Assembly (NCBI GenBank): GCA_031430415.1
Contig: JANPBN010000097.1
Location: forward strand, 1 to 33,923
DNA from: Dehalococcoidia bacterium
Lineage (GTDB): Bacteria > Chloroflexota > Dehalococcoidia > DSTF01 > JACRBR01
Length of the DNA stretch: 33,923 bases
Direction: 5' to 3'
Shown: one piece after another, positions 32,019-33,923 of the stretch
How positions within the stretch are numbered: the first letter of the stretch is position 1
How the letters are laid out: each line of letters opens with the position of its first letter
Made by a program: the position numbers and the translations under genes
Notes under the pieces: generated by a model
What the model was told of the DNA's origin: nothing
Databases searched by the model: none
The model's input: the letters and a program-made list of their open reading frames with translations, nothing else

Positions 32019-32046
32019 AGTATACGCGCGTCACCCGTTCTGTCAA
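32019..32046 (-). promoter_or_regulatory. Near-consensus housekeeping-sigma promoter pointing toward the SARP gene
   Basis: The minus strand reads TTGACA (32046-32041), a 16-nt spacer, then TATACT (32024-32019). This would give a leader of about 150 nt before the ATG at 31863. Confidence 0.4.
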
Positions 32047-32106
32047 CCGACAAACGCAAATTCACGCGGCTCAATTCGGCGTGTTCACGCGAAGATCGCG
32101 CGCTCA

Positions 32107-32364
32107 GTGGCGCAGTTTTCATGGGCCGTTTGGTGGGCAACTATCGACCTTGTCGTGTTCGCTCTGAGAACGTTTACTGAGCCTCCCCGGGACGACATGT
32201 ATGACCGCGAGTGCGTGATGACGCTTGCAGCGTCTCTCGAGTATGAAGATGAAGCTCAGTGGCTGGTCGAGCACCGGCACTTGTACTTCATCGGCCTGCG
32301 CGGCACGGGCATCCGCGGCAGCGCTGGCTGGGCCATTCGTGACCTCGCCGGAGCGCCTGTGTGA
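32107..32364 (+). CDS. Hypothetical small protein (weak call)
   Basis: 85-aa ORF. The 3' two-thirds (from MYDRECVMTLAASLEYEDEAQWLVEHRHLYFIGLRG) look coding by third-position G/C. No recognisable motif and no clear RBS. Confidence 0.25.
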   Translation: MAQFSWAVWWATIDLVVFALRTFTEPPRDDMYDRECVMTLAASLEYEDEAQWLVEHRHLYFIGLRGTGIRGSAGWAIRDLAGAPV

Positions 32365-32480
32365 CCACCTGGTGCCGACACCGCCAAATAGGCCGAAAGA
32401 CGACAATAACCTTCCTCGATGCGACTACCGAAGCGTCTGCCTGACCGCGCATCGCGCCAGCGCCGACCGCACACGATTTG

Positions 32481-32750
32481 TCATGGTGTCGGGTCACCGT
32501 CAGCCTGTGCGACCGCAATATCCATGAGCTCTCGCCGGTCTCCCGCATCCATCGTGGCGACTGTGTCCTCCAGTCGATCGCGGGCTTCAACTCCCCGCTC
32601 AAAGAACAGGTAGACGAAGACGTTGATTCCGCCGCCCTGCGCCGCCGCCGTGCTTACGAGCCGCCAGCCATCCGTAGCCATGCGGTTGCAGATGTCCTCG
32701 GCGTCGCCCGTGCCGCCCGTATCGCTCATGCGGACCTTGTACTCAATCAC
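32481..32750 (-). CDS. DUF4177-like small protein
   Basis: 89 aa. (V)IEYKVRMSD....ICNRMATDGWRLVSTAAA......VFVYLFFER matches the DUF4177 pattern (M.EYKV ... GWeLvsv ... l.fkR). The GTG start forms a GTGA overlap with the unlisted upstream 50-aa ORF. Confidence 0.6.
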   Translation of the reverse strand: MIEYKVRMSDTGGTGDAEDICNRMATDGWRLVSTAAAQGGGINVFVYLFFERGVEARDRLEDTVATMDAGDRRELMDIAVAQADGDPTP

Positions 32751-32899
32751 CGTTCGTTCCGTCTCTTCGCCTCGTCAGTGAGCACGGCAACCAGGCGGTC
32801 CACGTCCTTCCTGTTCGCGGTCGTTACCGCGCCGTCCGCCAGGTGCGCACGCGCTCGCTTCCGAATCGCTTTCAGATCGGTCTTGAATGGCTCCTTCAT
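32747..32899 (-). CDS. Unlisted 50-aa ORF (below the ORF-track cutoff), translationally coupled to the DUF4177 gene
   Basis: ATG at 32899 is preceded by AGAGGA at about 7 nt. It reads MKEPFKTDLKAIRKRARAHLADGAVTTANRKDVDRLVAVLTDEAKRRNER*. The first ~40 aa resemble, from memory, the N-terminus of a ferritin-like/bacterioferritin-related family (..L..R..AR.HI..GAVT....DR..V..LN). Confidence 0.4.
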   Translation of the reverse strand: MKEPFKTDLKAIRKRARAHLADGAVTTANRKDVDRLVAVLTDEAKRRNER

Positions 32900-32989
32900 G
32901 GAACAATCCTCTCGGCTCATTCGTCCTGATGTTCAATCTGCGACACTGGGTTGCCAGACCGAAGATACCGAATCGAACGGGAGCCGAAC

Positions 32990-33376
32990 ATGGCCACGAA
33001 GCACACGTACTTGAAGACGCACATCTTGAGCGGAGCTGCGCTCTGGTTCTCACTGTCGGCGGAAGACGCGGCGTTACGGGATCGGGCGGCGGCCGCACGA
33101 TCCGGGCGCGTCGCGAAGACACTCGTCAAGGAGGGGCACCTCCGCGTTACGCTGATCGTCTTGCGACGAGGCGCCGCTCTCGGTGCGCACCAGGTTGACG
33201 GCGTCGTAAGCGTCCAGGTTCTCCGCGGACGCGCGCGCATCTCCGTTGAAGGTAGGATTGTGGACTTGTCCCGAGGCGAGCTTCTTGTCTTGGATCAAGC
33301 GGTGACACACACGGCGGAGGCGTTGGTCGACTGCGCACTGTTGGTCACTGTTGCGATGGCGGCGACGGAAACGTGA
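32990..33376 (+). CDS. Cupin-domain protein
   Basis: ATG at 32990 is preceded by GGGAG at about 7 nt; the track start at 32951 is a TTG. MATKHTYLKTHILSGAALWFSL...AKTLVKEGHLRVTLIVLRRGAALGAHQVDGVVSVQVLRGRARISVEGRIVDLSRGELLVLD has a cupin-like beta pattern. Confidence 0.6.
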   Translation: MATKHTYLKTHILSGAALWFSLSAEDAALRDRAAAARSGRVAKTLVKEGHLRVTLIVLRRGAALGAHQVDGVVSVQVLRGRARISVEGRIVDLSRGELLVLDQAVTHTAEALVDCALLVTVAMAATET

Positions 33377-33484
33377 CGGCGCTCGTAAGCAGCGCACACG
33401 TGCGCCTGCTATCTCGACGGCGCGACCGAGGCGTCCGTCAATCGACCGTGTCGGCGACGACGACTGCCGTTCGCCAAGCAGCAG

Positions 33485-33923
33485 CTACATCGTGGTTGGG
33501 AGAACGTCGGGGAATACGAGGACTACGGTGCCATACGCGACCAGCCCGAGCGCAGCGAGATTCACGGCAAGACGGCTGATCGGGAGGGACTTTTCCGCGA
33601 AGATCAGGACCGTGATCAGCGCCATCGCAGCGATGTTCATCATGCCGAGCGGAAAGAGGATAACGAAGAGGAACCAGCAGCAACCGAGACAGTACATACC
33701 ATGCTCAACGCCCATCCGAAGTGCGCCGCCTGGGCCATCGCGCCATGAGTTGAGGAGCCAGGACATCGGCGAGTGGCACTTGGACAGGCAGATCCGCTTC
33801 AGCGGCGACAATTGATAGATGCCCGCCACGATCATCACCGCGCCGCCGATGCGCGGTGCGTTGTCCATCAGCCACATGGAACGACTAGCGAGCTCCTCCG
33901 CGGCAACCGCCGCGGCGAATGCC
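33485..33923 (-). CDS. DUF2182-like predicted metal-binding integral membrane protein (5' end beyond the window)
   Basis: YQLSPLKRICLSKCHSPMSWLL..WRDGPGGALRMGVEHGMYCLGCCWFLFVILFPLGMMNIAAMA matches the DUF2182 signature (YQ.tPLK..CL..C..P...GxxHGxxCxGCCW). The frame remains open from the listed Met at 33877 to the window edge. Confidence 0.7.
   Translation of the reverse strand, partial: AFAAAVAAEELASRSMWLMDNAPRIGGAVMIVAGIYQLSPLKRICLSKCHSPMSWLLNSWRDGPGGALRMGVEHGMYCLGCCWFLFVILFPLGMMNIAAMALITVLIFAEKSLPISRLAVNLAALGLVAYGTVVLVFPDVLPTTM

Noticed and set aside
31875-32180. 101-aa plus-strand ORF and 32119..32406 minus-strand ORF in the SARP upstream region
   Set aside because: No RBS and no motif. 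The composition looks non-coding (mixed Arg/Ser/Cys) and the ORFs overlap the predicted promoter and leader.
33388-33410. Imperfect palindrome AGCAGCGCAC-AC-GTGCGCCTGCT between the convergent cupin and DUF2182 genes
   Set aside because: The central loop is too small, the stem needs a bulge, and there is no T-tract. It may be a weak terminator, but it is not supportable by eye.
1-33923. Search for CRISPR arrays, tRNA/rRNA genes, transposase or integrase genes and inverted-repeat-bounded elements
   Set aside because: No regularly spaced direct repeats with spacers were seen. There were also no cloverleaf-like or rRNA-like segments and no DDE/tyrosine-recombinase-like ORFs. The only hint of mobile-element history is the start-less HTH fragment at 1624..1794.

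Overview
GC-rich bacterial chromosomal segment with frequent GTG/TTG starts and strong GGAGG-type ribosome-binding sites. No tRNA, rRNA, CRISPR array or intact mobile element was seen. About 27 kb (3385..30471) is one minus-strand glycan/exopolysaccharide locus. It encodes an initiating phosphoglycosyl transferase, an RfbF/RfbG-like CDP-sugar pair, six GT4 and four GT2 glycosyltransferases, three paralogous SAM methyltransferases and an APH-fold kinase. It also encodes an ABC-2 exporter, a Wzy/O-antigen-ligase-like membrane protein, a Wzz-like co-polymerase with a degenerate BY-kinase-like ATPase, a membrane-anchored GH99-like hydrolase and a secreted 7-repeat delta-60 protein. Many gene junctions are 4-nt ATGA/GTGA overlaps. 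Upstream lie a 71-aa ORF and a SARP-family (winged-helix + BTAD) regulator. The strongest observation is a heptamer direct repeat, sTTAACC-N4-sTTAACC-N9-TAnnnT, present at four gene-proximal sites. This is the canonical SARP promoter geometry. The sites sit upstream of the small ORF, the phosphoglycosyl-transferase operon, the methyltransferase/GT/export operon, and a distal plus-strand secreted calcium-binding repeat protein (2291..3349). The left flank holds TasA/alternate-signal-type secreted proteins (one apparently split at an A4 run) and decayed gene fragments. The right flank holds DUF4177, cupin and DUF2182-like genes. All functions are inferred from motifs read by eye; no database search was possible.
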